NCBI RefSeq assembly: GCF_022539665.2
Contig: NC_081333.1
Span: 9,114,001 to 9,178,000, forward strand
Source of the DNA: Daphnia carinata
Lineage: Eukaryota
Direction: 5' to 3'
Length of the DNA stretch: 64,000 bases
A program made the translations under genes and the position numbers. Shown here one piece after another: positions 24,834 to 40,600 of the stretch. Every line of letters starts with the position of its first letter. Position 1 is the stretch's first letter. The notes under the pieces were generated by a model. The model made no database searches, was not told the origin of the DNA, and saw only the letters and a program-made list of their open reading frames with translations.

Positions 24834-26029
24834 AAAGGTTTACAACAACAAAGGTTATCAACAGCGTTGCCATTGTGCTTAATAGAAATTCAATTGTGAA
24901 ATCGACTGGTTCATACCAGATGTTTAAAAAAAAAACCAAACAAAAGAAAAATGGCGATTTAATCTTTAAAAGAAAATGATTTCTTTGAAATATTGATTCG
25001 CTTGAGTGATAAGTAGAAATTATGCAAAACGTTAGTATGGCGCGCGAAACATTATGATGAGCATTAAAAAGGAAAAGAATTTTTCGAAAGGTGTCGAAAG
25101 AAAATACCATTTCGGCCACGCCATCTCTGCTGTTGTTGCTGGCTCTTGCCAGATCTGATCCGTCTCGGACTGCGGGAGGCGGAGGAAGAAGGCGAGCCGA
25201 TGGACGGGAGCGAGGACGGACTGGAGCCGCTCACGCCGGACTGGTGATGATGATGCATCAAACTGTTGCTGTTGCTGCTGTTGTTGCTGTGCGTGGGCGT
25301 GTGCGCGTTGGAGTCGGTGCTGGGCGTAGGTGGCTCTCCTTTGCTGCACCCAATCGAGCAAAAGATGAGTCCGCGTCGGGGCAGGAACGGCCGGCCGAGC
25401 AACGAAGCCCGGCACGTGTGGCAGCAGAAACATCCGTCTGTAGCATGCCAGTGTTGGCCCTCGTGAGTCATTTGACCTGCATCAAACCATATAAAGAAGG
25501 TTACAAATAAATAATCATAAATGAGTTGGTTGTTTTATTGTTATTCTTTCGAGATGATGGCAAATAAATCTTTCACTGAAAGCGTATCGACTCGGCACGA
25601 ATTCGACCGTCGTTCCGGCAAACTTTCATAAGTTTCTTTCGTGCGTAGGTAGGGAGGACGGAAATCTTTTATTTTTATACCCATTATTCATTGGGCAAAA
25701 CGATTGAGTGAGAGTTTAAGAGTGTTGGGCCAGAGACCAGAGAATCGCACCGTATGAAGATGAGATAAAACCGACACCCAATAAGGGCAAACTCAATCAT
25801 TGATCAAAAGTCAAACAACAGAGAGGTCACATTTTGCATACGCGCTTGGCCGAGTGTGTTTGATGGATGAGCGTGGCATTCGTTTTGCCACGGCGGCTGC
25901 CGACCCGATTTTTTTTTTTTTTTTTTTTTTTTTTTTGGCGACATCGCACAATTGTACAAAGAGTTGGATCAAGTCTTCAAAATGCATCAGGGCAGCATTT
26001 TCATTTCAAAATGACAGACGGTATAAGTG

Positions 26030-26061
<32 letters not shown>

Positions 26062-26134
26062 ATGTCAGAACTATTGATATGCCACGTCGGAAAAAAAGCC
26101 ATCAAAGAGATTCTAGCAGTTTGGATTGCAACAT

Positions 26135-26166
<32 letters not shown>

Positions 26167-29100
26167 TTGTTGTTTTCTTTGTTTTCCAGGAACCGTGTGC
26201 TAGAGAGATGCACACATCTATGCTAACGTCTTCCAAAAATAAGAAATAATAAACATGTATTTCGTTTTTTTTTTCTTACCTTGATCGACTCCGATGGGCT
26301 CTCCGCAGGCGTCGCAATACTCGGAGAAGATGGCGTCGAAGCAGTGGAGACAATAAGGCCGCGAATCGCGCATGATGTACCGCTGACCGCCCAAAACTCT
26401 GTCGCACTCGAAACAGGCAAAGTGGCGCATGTGCCACGCTCGGCCTTCGGCTTCCGTGCATTCGTCGGCCAGGATCAGCTATATCGTCCATCATCAAATC
26501 AAAAAAAAAAAAAAAAAAAAATATCGATCAGAATCGTCTAAAAATCGACTAATGGGGGTCTTTTGTTTAAAAAAAAAAAAAGAAAAGAAAAAATGGAACT
26601 TACCTCATCGCAGGCGGCGCAACGGGGTTTCAGCGTTTCGGCATGATGTCGCCCGCAATAGAGTCGGCCGTCTCGGTAGAAGTAGATCAAATCAACGAGC
26701 AATTCTCTGCAGACGCTGCAGCTGAAACAGCCCGGATGCCAGCAGTGGGCTGGGCCGGCTCTGGAAGCCATGACGGCCATATCACCGCCTCCCATCGGTT
26801 CCGTGCACTGCACCATTCCAATGCAAAGAATTTTTAAAAAAATTTAAATCATGAAATTTGAAAGTGACGTGAAAAGTTTAGATTCAACATTTCAAAAATC
26901 TAAAAATGACAGAAGAACAGGTCCGTCGTGTGTTTCAATTGTTCCATTTTTGACGAAGACGGACAGCTATGTGGAAACTGTTTCTATGACATGTGACGGT
27001 GACACGAACCTGATGGCAGGAGGTGGGCACCGGATTGGCAACGGGTAATTGGCGAACGGTGCCGCGTCCAAGAGCTTCGCGCTTTCGCTGGGCCGAAAAG
27101 AGCCGCAACTCCTTCTTTTCATCTTCGGAGAGCGACGAACAGTAGCGCACCTCATTATCGTGCGGCGGTAGCTGATGGAGCAGCTGCCGAATACGGTACT
27201 TCTCGCCAATCGAGTTGACGTATGGGACTTTCTCTTCCGGCAGGACGGAGAAATACAAGTGTACCTGTTTGGAAAACAAACAACCCCAAAACAAAAAAAA
27301 AAACAAAAAAAAAAACAAAATTAATTATAATAAATGGGCAACAACAACAACAGAAAAAGATATGCATAAACCAACTTAAAGATGACGTTTCCAAGAACGA
27401 AAAAAAAAAAAAATAAATAAAAGTAAACAAAACGGTCTGAATTAACCAAGCGTGTACACGCATTAAATAAAATAATGATATGCTGATGGCCGTTCCACGA
27501 TTTTTTTTTTTTCTTGCACATATCTCTGCATTCGCTGACACCTGACAGGTGAGAATCATTTTTGGAACGTCAGTCCCACCATCCGACAGTCCGATCATTA
27601 TATTTGCACTTTCAAGAGAACTGGAAACAAACCGGAAAACTATTTCTTTTTCTTTTTTTTTTTTTTTTTTCCTTCTTCTTCTCCGAAAACAACACGAAAC
27701 AACATACACGCAAACCATGGACATAACCCTTGATTGCCGAAAGCTGCGGGGGGAGACGTACGCGTGTAGCGTGTGACCTCAAGTAAAACGAAGAAAAAAG
27801 AAAAATGACTCGCTACCTCGTACAGAACGCACGGCTCCGATTGGCCAACAAGTCATCATTTGCTTTAAAAGACAGGAGATGTTGAACGAGCGGGCCGATT
27901 TGGTGTCATTTCAGCTCGCTTGATAGCTTCATAAGACCATATTTAGATAAAGAGCAAGAGCGAAAATGGAAAAGAAAGAAAGAAAGAAAAAAAAAAAAAA
28001 AAAAAACACTCGAAGGAAATTCCGGTCTGGTTTTCTTTTCCTTTACGAAACATTAAAAAAAAAAAAAAAAAAAAGAGAGGAGGTATTTCTCCCCGTAAAA
28101 GGAGGCTCAGTCGTAAAAAAAAAAAAAAAGAAAAAGAAAACAAAGGCAACGAGTCAACAAGAGCCGCAGGTGAAAAAAATGGGGCTCCAAAAAAAAAAAA
28201 AAAAAATGTTCATTGCGACGAACAGGCGACTTTTTTTTTTTTTTTTTCCTTCTCGTTTGGCGTTGCGCAACTAGAGATATATGAACGGCCATTACAAGCG
28301 TTGAATACATCAAAGTCAGCTTTGATGTATGTCCTACGTTCTTTTACAAGTTTATTGCGTTTTTGATTATTTATCCGTGTGTAGCAGCGTTTTTCTCGGG
28401 CACAGCCGAAAGACTTTGAATGTAACAGAACGCGCTGTCGACAATTGTGGGACAAAAAAACAAAAAACAAATAAGAAATAGATGAATACGTCCAAACGTT
28501 TTCTCGATAGGAAAACATTGAGGTCTGGAAAGCCACGCGTCATTTCGAAATATTTGAATAGTCAAACGCAAAAAAAAATTTGGCACAAAGCAAAAGCAAA
28601 TATCCTTTTCGCTGCGATGATTATTGACGTTGGAGCTTCACAGACACAACTATTTTGGGCGTCAAACATCCATCGGGATATCATGAGTAGAGGACGGGGG
28701 GGGGGGATCGATACCCCCTGTCGTGGAATCAATCTGCATTGATTTGCGTTTCACGGCGCAAAAAAAGAAAAAGAAAGAAACGTATACATATGCCTGTCGA
28801 TAAATACGTATAAATAAAAAAAAAAAAAAAAAGATAAAATATTACTAGTCTCCATGGGTTACGACTCTTTATTATTATTTTTATGTGCCTAAACGAAAAA
28901 AGAAAAGAAAAAGAAAAGTAGACCCACAGAGAGTCTGTTGTTTTTCCGGAATTTTTCCCCTCAACGGGGACCTTGAAGGGCGTTGCCAAAACTGTCACGC
29001 CCCGATAGGTTTCTCTACTACATCATTTTTTTTTTTTTTTCCCCCTAGTCTCAAAACATCTTTCGCCTAGTTGTTCTGTAGAAAAGAGCCAATGAAAAAC

Positions 29101-32100
29101 ACATGTCCCACCTCTTCGGCCTCGGGAATGACTGTCAACATTTGTGTTCACCTTGTCCCGATATGTTTTCTGCATCTGCCAGCGGAAAATGTTGAAGTCA
29201 TCCGCCACATCGTTTTCTCTTTCGATTCAACCACCAAGAGAGTTTGTCGGCCTTTTCGCTCATCAAACACAGTCCCATTCTACATGGCGTTTTCCCCTCT
29301 AAGACGTTGAAAAGAAGCAATGGCGCGTAAAACACGACCATTTTTTTTTTTTTCTGTTTGAAAAAAAAAATAAAATAAAAACATTTTCAAAGGTGACGCG
29401 AGGAACGCCATGTCGAGACGTGGCCCTAATTTACGAGCGACATCCAGCGCGATGAATGGAAATAAACACGGGAAAAAACACAGTGAGAGGAAAAAGAAAG
29501 ATTGAAAGAAACGAACAGATTCCTTAGCACCACGGAACACTGCTGGGATCTTTCACAGACAAATATTATGACGTGCTACCTGCCGCAACGCTGGGTGCAT
29601 TCCCCCCCCGTCCGCGCCCACACCACCATCGAAGCATCCAGCAGCCCAAACGAGGACGAGGGGAGAAAAACGAAGAGAGAACTTTGAATGTGTGTTAATG
29701 CATTTTGATACGTAGGTTTACGAAAATAAAAAATGAATTTTTTCTCGCGAGTTCTTATCTAGTTTTTTTTTTTTCTTCTAACATGGAAATTAAAAAAAAA
29801 ACGAGAATTTAGACATTGGCGTGTGTGTGTGTGTGTTGGGTTTCGAGTGTACGCACATGAAACCGTTATATTCAAAGTCAACGGGCGGCCTGGTACGAGT
29901 CCGAGTCATTAGCAATTCATGAAGTTTCTTCTTCTCCGAAGCGAACAAGATGAAAATACCTTGTCTATCTTCTTCGAGGAGGTCCGAGGGGGTTGAGAAA
30001 AAAAAAAAAATCAAAGAGAGAAACTCACAGTCCGCACACGTATCCCTCCCCTCTGAAAATGATGCTGGACTCACAGAGTTTCGACGATTGGGCGTGTGAA
30101 TGCCTCGATGCCTATTCAAATGTGTAACGCAAAAGAAACATTTTTTTATTTTTATTTTTATTTTTCTACCTTGAAGACGCGACGGGCGATCCCGTCTACC
30201 CTCCGCCCCCCCCCCCCTCTTCTTTTTTTTTTGTGGCCTTACCACCGCCAGCTGTCTTGGCTGATTAATAAGAACAAGAGTCCACGACACCCTTTTTAGT
30301 TGTTCTTTCTCGCTCGATTCTTGTTAAGGGCAGACAAAGAGACAAGTCGCCTTATTTCGCACGACCCGAAGACGTTAGTAATAAGGTTGTTGACTCTCTC
30401 GTTGATCATCGCCACGACGGGGAACGACACGCAGCTCTGAATTCACAAGTTGTTGTTTTTCTTTCTTCTTTCTTTTTCTTTTTTTTTTTAAAGGGAATAA
30501 CAACAACAACACCTACAAAAAAGAAACACATTCTTCTTCTTTTTACACCACTTTTTCATCTTCAACTTGATTATTTATTCGTTTTTTTTTTTTTGTTTTT
30601 CTTCATACCATACGTATATCTATCCCTTATATCTCAATCCTACGCCCCTGTTCCAAAAATGTACAAAAACTCGCAAAAGAAAAAAGAAAACCAAAAAAAA
30701 ACAAAACAAAGTCGGTCCACAAGTTGAACGCTTCGTGTCGAGCCGGCAAAGGGGGCTGAAAAACGAGATAAACTCTTACGGTAGTGTGTGTGTGTGTGTC
30801 TGTGAGTGAGTATGTGATGGATCAGATAAACAAGTCGCTGACAGGCGTCTGCAGGAAGAAGAAAGAGTTCCCTTGTTTTTTTTTTTGGTTTTGTTTTCTA
30901 TGTATAAAACGCATTAAAACAAAAGAAAAAGGATTACTCTATAGCTTGATTCGCTGCTGCGGGTATAAGAAAATGATGAAGACGGACAACAGAAGCGCAA
31001 CAACGCAGAAGAAGGACGTGCGGTGCTGATCCCATTTTGAATCGTAGCAACTCCGGAGCGAAGTTGCGGTTTCACTTTCGTACAACTGCCGCTATCGTTA
31101 GTGGCTATTACTTTCACATCGTTGTCATCTTCTTTCTCAGGCTTGATGTTTCTTTGATTTTTTTTTTTTTTCAAGGTGAATTTCGTTTGTTTTGTTTTTT
31201 TCTCTCTTGATTTTAGAAGAAGAGAAGAGAAAAGAAGAGAGCGCGCCTTGTGTTTGTCAATGTTGTTGACCAGCTGATTGGGTACCACAACGTGCGACCC
31301 TCAAACCGTGTAGCCGCAAAATTCGTGATGGATGAGACAGAAAAAAAAAAAGAAAAGAATTTCGGGTTTTCTACCAACGTGGTTTTCCAAAAATGTCTGA
31401 GTGTGTCGGTAAAAAGATGTTACCTTTCCATCATTTTTTCTTTTTTTTTTCGTTTGCCCTTCTTCATTTAGTTATTCCACGCATCATGAGAGGGGCAAAA
31501 AAAAAAAAAAAAGGAAGAATAACATTTGAAGAGCCACAAAATGGCCCCCTTTTGACCTATTCAAATGTGTCGAATCGTGAAAGAAAGAAATGATGAATAA
31601 AAAAAAAAAAAAAGACGGGTCGACTTTTAAAGGGCGAGGGAGATTGGGCCATGAGTTGGCAACAAATATCATCTCTCCAGCCGCGAGCAAGATGGCCAAA
31701 CGTGAGCGCACGCGGCCAAAAAAAAAAAAAAAAAAAAATCCCGAGCGCACGCTCTTCCATCTCGTTTTTCGTCCGACTTCCGCGTGTGTGTGTGTGTGTG
31801 TCCCGGGCTGTGTACGCCGTTATCACGACGACATTACCGTCTACTATACTACAGTAAAGTACACCGTCCGCTCTACGATATGCGGGCAAAAAAAAAAAAA
31901 AGGAATTTTCAATGTCTCGAGCAAGAAAAAAAAATAATAAATAAAAAATAAGGGACAAACATAAGTGGCATCGTCATCCTCACGCCAACCCTATTATGTT
32001 GCTGTCGACAATATGGCCCGCTTCTCCAGGCCCAAGGAAACCGGCGTCACGACGTGAAAAGCGGAAAATATTCAAAAAAAAAAAAAAAATAAGGGAAGAA

Positions 32101-32136
32101 GATAATTTTTCTGGCCCCCACACACGGGTTTGCTGT

Positions 32137-32171
<35 letters not shown>

Positions 32172-33002
32172 GGATCTTCGATAGTGATTAATGATTATTC
32201 TCTTTCTCTCTCGCGTTCCTCTTATAGGTCGTGTGTAACCTTTTTTCCCCTTGCAAGAGATGTGTACCTCTAAAGACACAACCTCCATACGGCTGGCTGC
32301 TGAGTGATGAATCGCTCAGGTATGCAGGAAGAAGAAAAACAGTTATCATTCCTCTTCTTCTTCTTCTTTTTTTTTTTTTTTTTATTCCTGCGTGCGTGAA
32401 ATAGCATCACACAAGTATCGAAAAAAAAAAAAAAAGAAAAGACTCTCTTCCCGGCACAAGTTTCTGTCTCTTTCTCTCGCTGCAAACATAAAATATATAT
32501 CTATACGGTAAATGTGAACGTTGTTTGTGTTCGATGATAATCACCTCGAGAAGAAAGAAAGAAAGAAAGAAAGAAAAAAAAAAGTTTACAATCGATTGAT
32601 CCGCCCAAATCTCCTGTCCCCCCCCCCCCCCCCAACCACCTCAGCATCCTTCAACCAATAAGAAGAGCCGTGAACGTGAAGGATATCGCATCGTGTCTAC
32701 CTTTTCATTCGTTTGTATAGGATTTCCATGGCGGATGCGCGCAAAAAAAACGCAAAAATAAAAGCGATGGAAAATAAATAAATAAATAAATAAAAATAAA
32801 TGGATATGAATATCATTATTTGCTTAAATAGTAAGGGCTGACTATAAATAATACTAATGTAATGTAAGTCTCTTCAAAGGTTCTAAGAGAATGTTCCATT
32901 GTATGCAGGCGGCGACGTCGAGCGCGGCACGACAAGGCGCAAGCCGCATCCATTCATCACAACAATCCACTGCTATTCTACTTGATTGTGGGTGTATATT
33001 GC

Positions 33003-33039
<37 letters not shown>

Positions 33040-33775
33040 TTTTTGATGCCCCCCCCCCTTTCCCGACCTGCTCCGCAATGCCAAGACACTAAAAAAGAAA
33101 AAAGAAAAAACGAAAAAAAAAAAAAAGCCTCGACAATGACGATAATTGATGATAAAAAAGAAAAGAAATGTAGCACAGCGGATGAGGGTTATTCTGGTTG
33201 GGGTGCGCATCCGCCGAAAGTGCGCGTGCTGGAGCAATGTGATGATAGTTTCGTGCCTGTCGGATGACGACTATATCTCATTTTAATTTTTAGTTCTTTT
33301 TCTACCCATTTTCTTTGATGTTTAATGGAAGACTGTTTCATTATTTCATCAACTTTGAACTGGAAAAATGAAAAAAAAAAAATGATCGTCCCTACGCAGA
33401 TGGAAGAGGGTTTTATTACATCAAGCCATTAGGTGAGGTCCCATTTTAACTCTCCGCCCACAAACCCAAAATGACAACGTCGATGTTTTTTTTTTTTTTT
33501 TTTTTTTTGGAATAGTGTTCGGAATTGAAGCTCTTTTTTTTTTTTCAATTAAAGAATAGGGAATTTGAAAAAAAAAACAAAAAAAACCGCGTGTCTAGAT
33601 AGATAGAGGCGAAAGGAAGCTTTTCTTTCTTCATTGCGTCTGGGTTTTTGAGTGATTGCCTTGGCAAATGCACGAGACGAAAAGACTATTACGACTGCAA
33701 CAATCCACTCGCTCACTCTCTCTCTTTGGCCCGTTAGGGCGATTAGGCGACCTCTGCGGCACCTGTGTGTGCGCG

Positions 33776-33813
<38 letters not shown>

Positions 33814-36800
33814 GCAAAAAGGAAACGCAATGACAAATGCCACCTCTGGCGACCTTTGATTACTTTTCTAGACGTTCTTTCGTGACGGACTTTTACTCAA
33901 AGAAGAAGAAGAAAAAAAAAAAAGAGAGGGGGGGGGGGGTAAAGGGGAGCCTCAGCTGTAATTGCTAGGTAGCTATCACAAAGCCGGATGAACCTCCAAA
34001 GGAAAAAAAAAACAAAAAAACAAACCGGACGAAGTTTTCTCCGTTTTATATCCCCCCCCCCTTTTTTTTTGTTTGGTGTGTCTGTGTGTGTGTGTGTGTG
34101 TGTGTGTTGTGTAGACACACTCTCTACTACGGGACTTATGCAACAGGTGGTTTTGTGAGTTTTTAACGTTGAACTCGCTAAAGATTTTAGTGGCGTTCGT
34201 CTTCTCTCTCTCTCTCTTTTTTTATACACGCATTTTGTACATTAATTTTTTTTTTTTTTGGTCGTATTGAAAAGAAAAGAGAGAAGAAGACGAAGAAGCC
34301 ACCATTTTCTTTTCATTGGGGTTGAATGTCTAATGCATTTGTCTTGCTTTTATGCTCGACAAGAAAGTGGGGGGAGGGGGGAAGAAAAATGAAAAGGTTG
34401 CGAGCGCGCGACCACCTGCGCTCGACACTTACGCATAAAAGATTTTTGGCCGAATAATAAACGTGAAAAGAAAAGAAAAAAAAAAAAAAAAAAAACCAGC
34501 AAAGCCATCAGGGCAATTACAACTGGCAAAAAGAAAAAAAAAAAAAAAAAATGTGAAGAAGCTAAAAAGGAAAAGAAAAAAAAAAAAAAAAAATGTTCCA
34601 AACAAGGCTCGTGCTCACAGACCTGATGACAACAACAAAAAGATACGCGAGAAGACAAAATCACACAAGAAAGTTCGGGACAAAAACGGAGACGGGACAA
34701 GGACAGTGGGGTTAAAAAAAAAAAAATGGAGTTAGTTGGCCGTCGAAAGTGAGGCAGCCACACACACAAAAAAAAAAAAATACGCGTAAATAAATAAATA
34801 ATCAACTGTGTGCAATAATAATAATGACCCTAATGATGACTGAATCGCTTCGCGTGTAACTTTCTAAAGACAAAATGAAAAAAAAAAAAAAAAATGGCCG
34901 TTACCCAACCCTTCCTCCCCCTTCCCCAAAAGAAAAAAAACATGAAAATATTATGCGGGATATCTTTAAATAAGAAAGAAAAAAAAAAAAAGCCTTTTGA
35001 ACCCCCCCGAAAGGGCCTTTTAAACACATTCCAAAACGCGCTGAAATTTTCTCAATGCTTCGCGTGCGGCAAAGATTGACCCCGCCCTCAATTCTGCCCC
35101 CCTTTTTTTTTTTTTTTTTTTTATTCAAAACAATTTTTTTTTTTTTTTATATATTCGTTGCTGGCGCAGTCGTTGTTGATGTGCGTGTCTGAGTGGAACC
35201 TGTTCTCGATTTATTTTAAAGGGAAAAAAGAAAAAGAAAAGTAGCAACGTTCACAAGAGTACCCCAGCGCCATGCTCCCGCAGGTGTCTTTTCGCTGCAA
35301 TCCAATCGAAATTGTCCCTCTAGCTGATCCGTGGTGTGAGCCTTTTAAAACACATTCACTTCCATGATTAATGAGCGGGCCATTAAAAACACTATACGGA
35401 CCTGTGGCAGCGCTTTCATTTAAGTCATCCAATCGGAGCACACACACACACACACACACATGGCGTATGACTTTCCGAAAATGTATTAGGTTTCATTGTT
35501 CTTCTTTTTTTTTTTTTTTTTAATTGTGTCCACCCCTTTTTTTTTTTTTTTTTTTTTTTTCCAAGAAAGAAGGGCTGGAAAGAACCACCCCCACTCCAAA
35601 ATCGGTTCAATTATGCAAAAGCGTTATCAGATTTAAGCGACGCCATCTGGCTATACCAGTGTGCTGTTTGGAAGGTGGAACGGCAAGACACACATAAATA
35701 AAAAGACGAAAATTCAATCTGAGTCTGCCATCGAGCCATTGCATATAGAAAAGGAGGGGAAAAAAAAAAAAAAACTAATGGCAATCACGGATGGATAAAT
35801 AATTGGTTGCTTACCTGATCGGGTTTCAATCCGGGTGGAACCCACGTGTACTCCTCCAAAGCGCAGCCCGAATCGTCGTCGGATTGGGAGTGACGTAAAA
35901 CGTCAGTGCCCAGACCACCCAGTTGATGATGATGATGGGAATGAGGAGGATGAAGATGGCCAGGATGCGCGTGATTGTGCTGCTGCTGCTGCTGCTGCTG
36001 CGATGATGATGATGATGATGACGGTAGCGGATGAAACAAGCCAGAGGCTCCTCGGCCCACCACCAGCTTGTCGGACGACGAGTTGGCCAGCAGTTGGGCC
36101 GTGTCGGACGATTGCGACGTCAGCGATTGCGGCGACGGCTGCTGGTACGGCGCGTAACCGGCCCGCTGTGGCTGTTGCGGGTTGTAGCCGTTCGCAACGC
36201 TGCCCCCAGCTTGGTAAGCACGTTGCTCTTGATGATCTTCTCGCGGACATTTGCAGTTACGACACACTTTTCTGGGTTTTTTTTCAAGTAAAAAAGAGAC
36301 AGAAAATTAGCATAATTGACGGAAAACGCGCTAAACAAAAAAAAAAAATAATAAAAAATACAACAGATAACATTTTCCAAAAAAATCGAATACAAGAGCT
36401 GATGAAATCAAACGAGGGATTTTCGTTTTGCGTGGTCGATTGTGAATACACACACACACACAGAAAAAGAAGAAAGAGTGGCGCTGGGAAATAAAAACTA
36501 TCAGCCGACAATGGGGGGGGGGGGGGGATTTCGGGAGTGCTGGAGGTGGGAGACTGAGCTCAAAGAGACACACGGGGCATTCGCGCCGGTGTTTGATTAC
36601 TAGTCATCATTCAAAACAGAAGAAGAAGAAGGAAAAAAAAAACGCGTAGAATCAATCAAACGCGCGTTTTCTACATTGCCGTGATGTTGGCTTGGCTTCT
36701 TACAAGCGAAGCGAGGCAGCTAGTGGCGGAATGAGGCAACATTAAAAATAAAGCTACATTTGATTATTTTTGTTTAAAGATTCTTCATTTGCATTCCACA

Positions 36801-37647
36801 TTCTATAAAAAAAAAAGAACGGCTTCCTTTTTTTTTTTTTTTTTTTCCTCATCATCACGATTCTTGGCCGTCCGCTAGACAACCGGTCCGAGATGAAAAA
36901 ATTTGTTTTTTCCCCCCTTCTATTCGGTTTTGCTATTATACATCATAAATGTTGTACACCCCGGACGGAATTTTCAATTAATGAAATCCCAAGAAGCGAG
37001 AAGAAAAAGGGAGCCAACTAAAGTCCATCTTTCTTTTTCTTGTTGCCCGTCAAAACGTTAGAGAGACTCGCGCATTATGCAAAACGAAGCAACGGCTCGA
37101 ATAGTTTGACGGTGAAACGTGTCGAGAAAATCGAATTAAAATGCAAACATCTACGACTAGTATGCGCACTACTTACACAAACTCAATTCTCGTGTCATTT
37201 GTTTCCAGCTATTTCTAATAAGAATAGCAAAAAAAAAAAAAAAAAAACTTTAAATTAAAATGGATGGTCTTTTTTTTTGTGTGTTGGAAGGGGGGGGGGG
37301 ATGTCAACCCACTAAGAAAATGACAATCACCGCCGTGAAATTCTTGGTCGAAAACTTTCAAAACTTTCCACCATTATCTTATCTCTTTTTAATGATATTA
37401 ATAATAATACTCATAAAAAAAAAAAAAAAAAAAAAAAAATAGAGAGAGAGAGAAAAGAGTAGCAAGACAAACGTGTTGTCTGGTCCTGACGCACCTCAAG
37501 TCTCCCCCCCCCCCCCCCCCCCCCCTCGTTTTTCCCCCAAAAATTTCTTTCTTTTTTTTTTTTTTTTTTTTTTTGTCTTTAATAATACAAACACGAGTGC
37601 TGCATTGTTTATCGTTTCCGGGGGGGTCTAACTCGTCATCGTGGTTT

Positions 37648-37685
<38 letters not shown>

Positions 37686-40600
37686 AAGAAAATAGGAAAC
37701 AACAAAAAATTTGAACATTTTTTTTTTTTTTTGGTTTTTTTTTTTTTGTTCGTTAAAAAAAAAAACCGCCGCTGAAGGATCAAGTAACAAGCGGAGACAC
37801 CTGATCAAGGCGCCCACCTCTATAGAGTTCTTCTACCCGTTTCTATTCCACAGCGTCCCATCTCCAATTACTGTTTTACCTTCGACGAGTTCAACTTTGG
37901 TTCCTTTTTTTTTTCTTTTTTTTCTTTAGAAATATATTGTTGTGAGGAAAACAAACGATAAGGGGTTACCTATATCTTCTTTCAAACATTCTTTTTTTGT
38001 TGTTGTTGTTGTTGTTGTTTATCGTGCTGAGCCCTCCGGTGGTTGATTCTCCCTACCATCTTGTTTGATATTAAAAAGTCATTTTTGTGTATACGTGTGT
38101 GTGTGTGTGTGTGTGTGAGCTTCCTTCTTATGAGATAAGAGGGGGGAGAAACGGAAAAATTCTTCGGGGGGGGATAGTTCGGTTAGAAATGGATGCCTCA
38201 AACAACAGAGATATAGACACACCTGATCTTCTATTCATAGACATTTCCATAAATCGGTAGGAGATGAGTTGTACTGCGCTATGCATTTCTTGTGCAGTGA
38301 AAAAAAAAAACAAAAAAAAAAAACAACATAAATAATCAAGAAAAAAAAAAAAAGAAAAGAGGGCAAGTCAAAGATTCTTTCCTCCAGTTCAAAGAAGAGA
38401 TTTTCTTTTCTTTTTTTTTTTTTTTTTTTGTTCCAGGTATATATTGTGCTTGCATGTATATGTATACGCGTGTGTGATGACTAGCTACTGATCGATTATT
38501 CCGACTGGGATGATGGATTCGTTTCAGCCCCGTTCCAGGCCATCTTGCAACCAACACACTACTGCTTTACACTACCAACAGCCTATAGAACATCAAAGAA
38601 GAATCGTTCTATATACACGAATCCAAAAAAAAAAAAATAAATAAAAAAAAATAGAGGGATGAGGGCTACGGGGCCAAGAGGGGCCATCTTTTGATAGACA
38701 GGTGGGCCCAGACTGAATTCCTTTTTTTTGTGGTTAAATAGAAATTAAAAAAAAAAAAAAAAAAAAATAACCAGACGAAGGAGAAGAAGAACCTTAAAGA
38801 GCAAAATGAGAGGGGGAAATTCTCATTATTTGATGTATGCGAAGACTCGGTGAGTGAACGGAAGGCAGACGTTGTCGTTTCTGCGGTCGCAAACGACGGC
38901 CGAATAATAAAATAAAATAAAAAATGAAATAAAATAAATTTTTACACGAACGAGCGCCCATCCACCTGGCGTCGTCGTCCTTGAACTGAAAAAAAAAAAA
39001 AAAAGACACTCGCCATCCGCACACGCTACTTAAAACTCTCTGTGCTCTGCAAAAAAAAAAAAAAAAAAATGAAGAAGAATCGCTTTGATTGTGTTTGCCT
39101 TTCTAAATCGAAAAGGGCAAATCGGAAGCCAAATCAATTCAAAACTGCACCATCTCTGCATGGCAATAAAAAAAACTTAAAACACGACTAACACCGGTAT
39201 TGACTTGTAGACTCTCGTGTAGTACAACCAACTACGTTTTCCTTTTCTCTTTCTAGAGCCATTTTCAATGTATCCTGTTTTGTTTTGTTTTCGTTTTTTT
39301 TTTTTTTTTTTACCTATATCTTTAGTGTCCATCTTGTCGACGCTGGTCAAAGTATTGGGGAATTGACGGGCCATAAAAGCCAAAAGAGCGCAATGAGAAG
39401 AAGAAGAAGAAAAAAAACAAAAAAAAACCGGAGAAGCCAACGGGGCAAAAGACATTGAAAATAAGAAGCAGAAAACGAGAAAAGACAACAACCCGAGATG
39501 GACTATGTCGACCTTTTTAAGGAAGAAAATGCTTCAGGTCGGGGTGAAAATGTGGTTTACGACGCATCCAAAACGGCTTTTTCAAGACGGGAAAAGAAAG
39601 AAAGAAAAAAAAAAAAAAAGTGCACTCAAGTCGTATAAATGTATAAAAAAAAAAAAAAAAAAAAAAGAAGAAGAAGAACTAAGAAGACGGTGGTTGTCGG
39701 TCACAAGAATGACCTTTTCCACCTCCCAGGCAGGTCTTCTTCTTTTTCTCTTGTGAATCTCGTGTTTGGGTTCTTATCTCCTTTGTGCCGTCAGTTTCGG
39801 ACGTTCCATACGAGACAGAGAGAGAGAGAGAGAGAGACAGAATAGATTTTGAAAAATGGACAAACAGGTGAGCGTCAAGCTCGGGAAAAAACAAAACAAA
39901 AAAAAACAAAAAAACACGTTAGAGTGGCAGTATAAAATTATGTGCAGATCTGGTTTTTGTTTCTGTCTTACAACGGTAGTACATTATTTACGCTTCGTTT
40001 CTTCATTGCCTTTAACTTTTCCGTTCCTTCTTTCGCTTAGCGACTGCGTGATTTCTTTTTTTGAAAAAAAAAAAAAACGACATATTTGGTTCAGTTGCCC
40101 AGTCATTAGGAAAAAACGACACCCTGCCACTTGTCCCGGACACTCTACAACAAGTCAGAACCAGTTTCTTTCTTTCTTTTTTTTTTTTTTTTCGAAATTT
40201 TACATTTCGTATTACCTTATCCAGGGGTTTAAAAAAAAAAAAATGAAGCGGTTTGTCGGGTTCAACATTGAAAGCATTTTTTTTTTAAATCAAGACATGA
40301 GGAATTAAAAAGAGCAAAAAGAAAAAAAAAAAAAAAAAAACATTCGTCGCTGTGACTTTGATTTTTTTTTTTTTTTTTCTATTTGTTTGGTATTTTTCGT
40401 TCGTTTGGAACATACACACACACACACACACACACACCAAAACTATATTTCCATGGCGCATAGCCGAAAACGGTCGTTAAAATAGAAGAAAAAAACAAAA
40501 ACAAACGAGACGAAGGAGTTTTAAGCTGCCGTGCTTCTCTCTTTTTGCTTGGCTTTCATTATCGTCTGGAAAAGGCAATCAACCAAACGGAGGTCGCCCA

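Noticed and set aside
23376..25510. Plus-strand ORFs antisense to prickle exons (and similar ones at 35835-36494 and 42197-42673)
   Set aside because: They are shadow ORFs of GC-rich, repeat-coding exons on the opposite strand.
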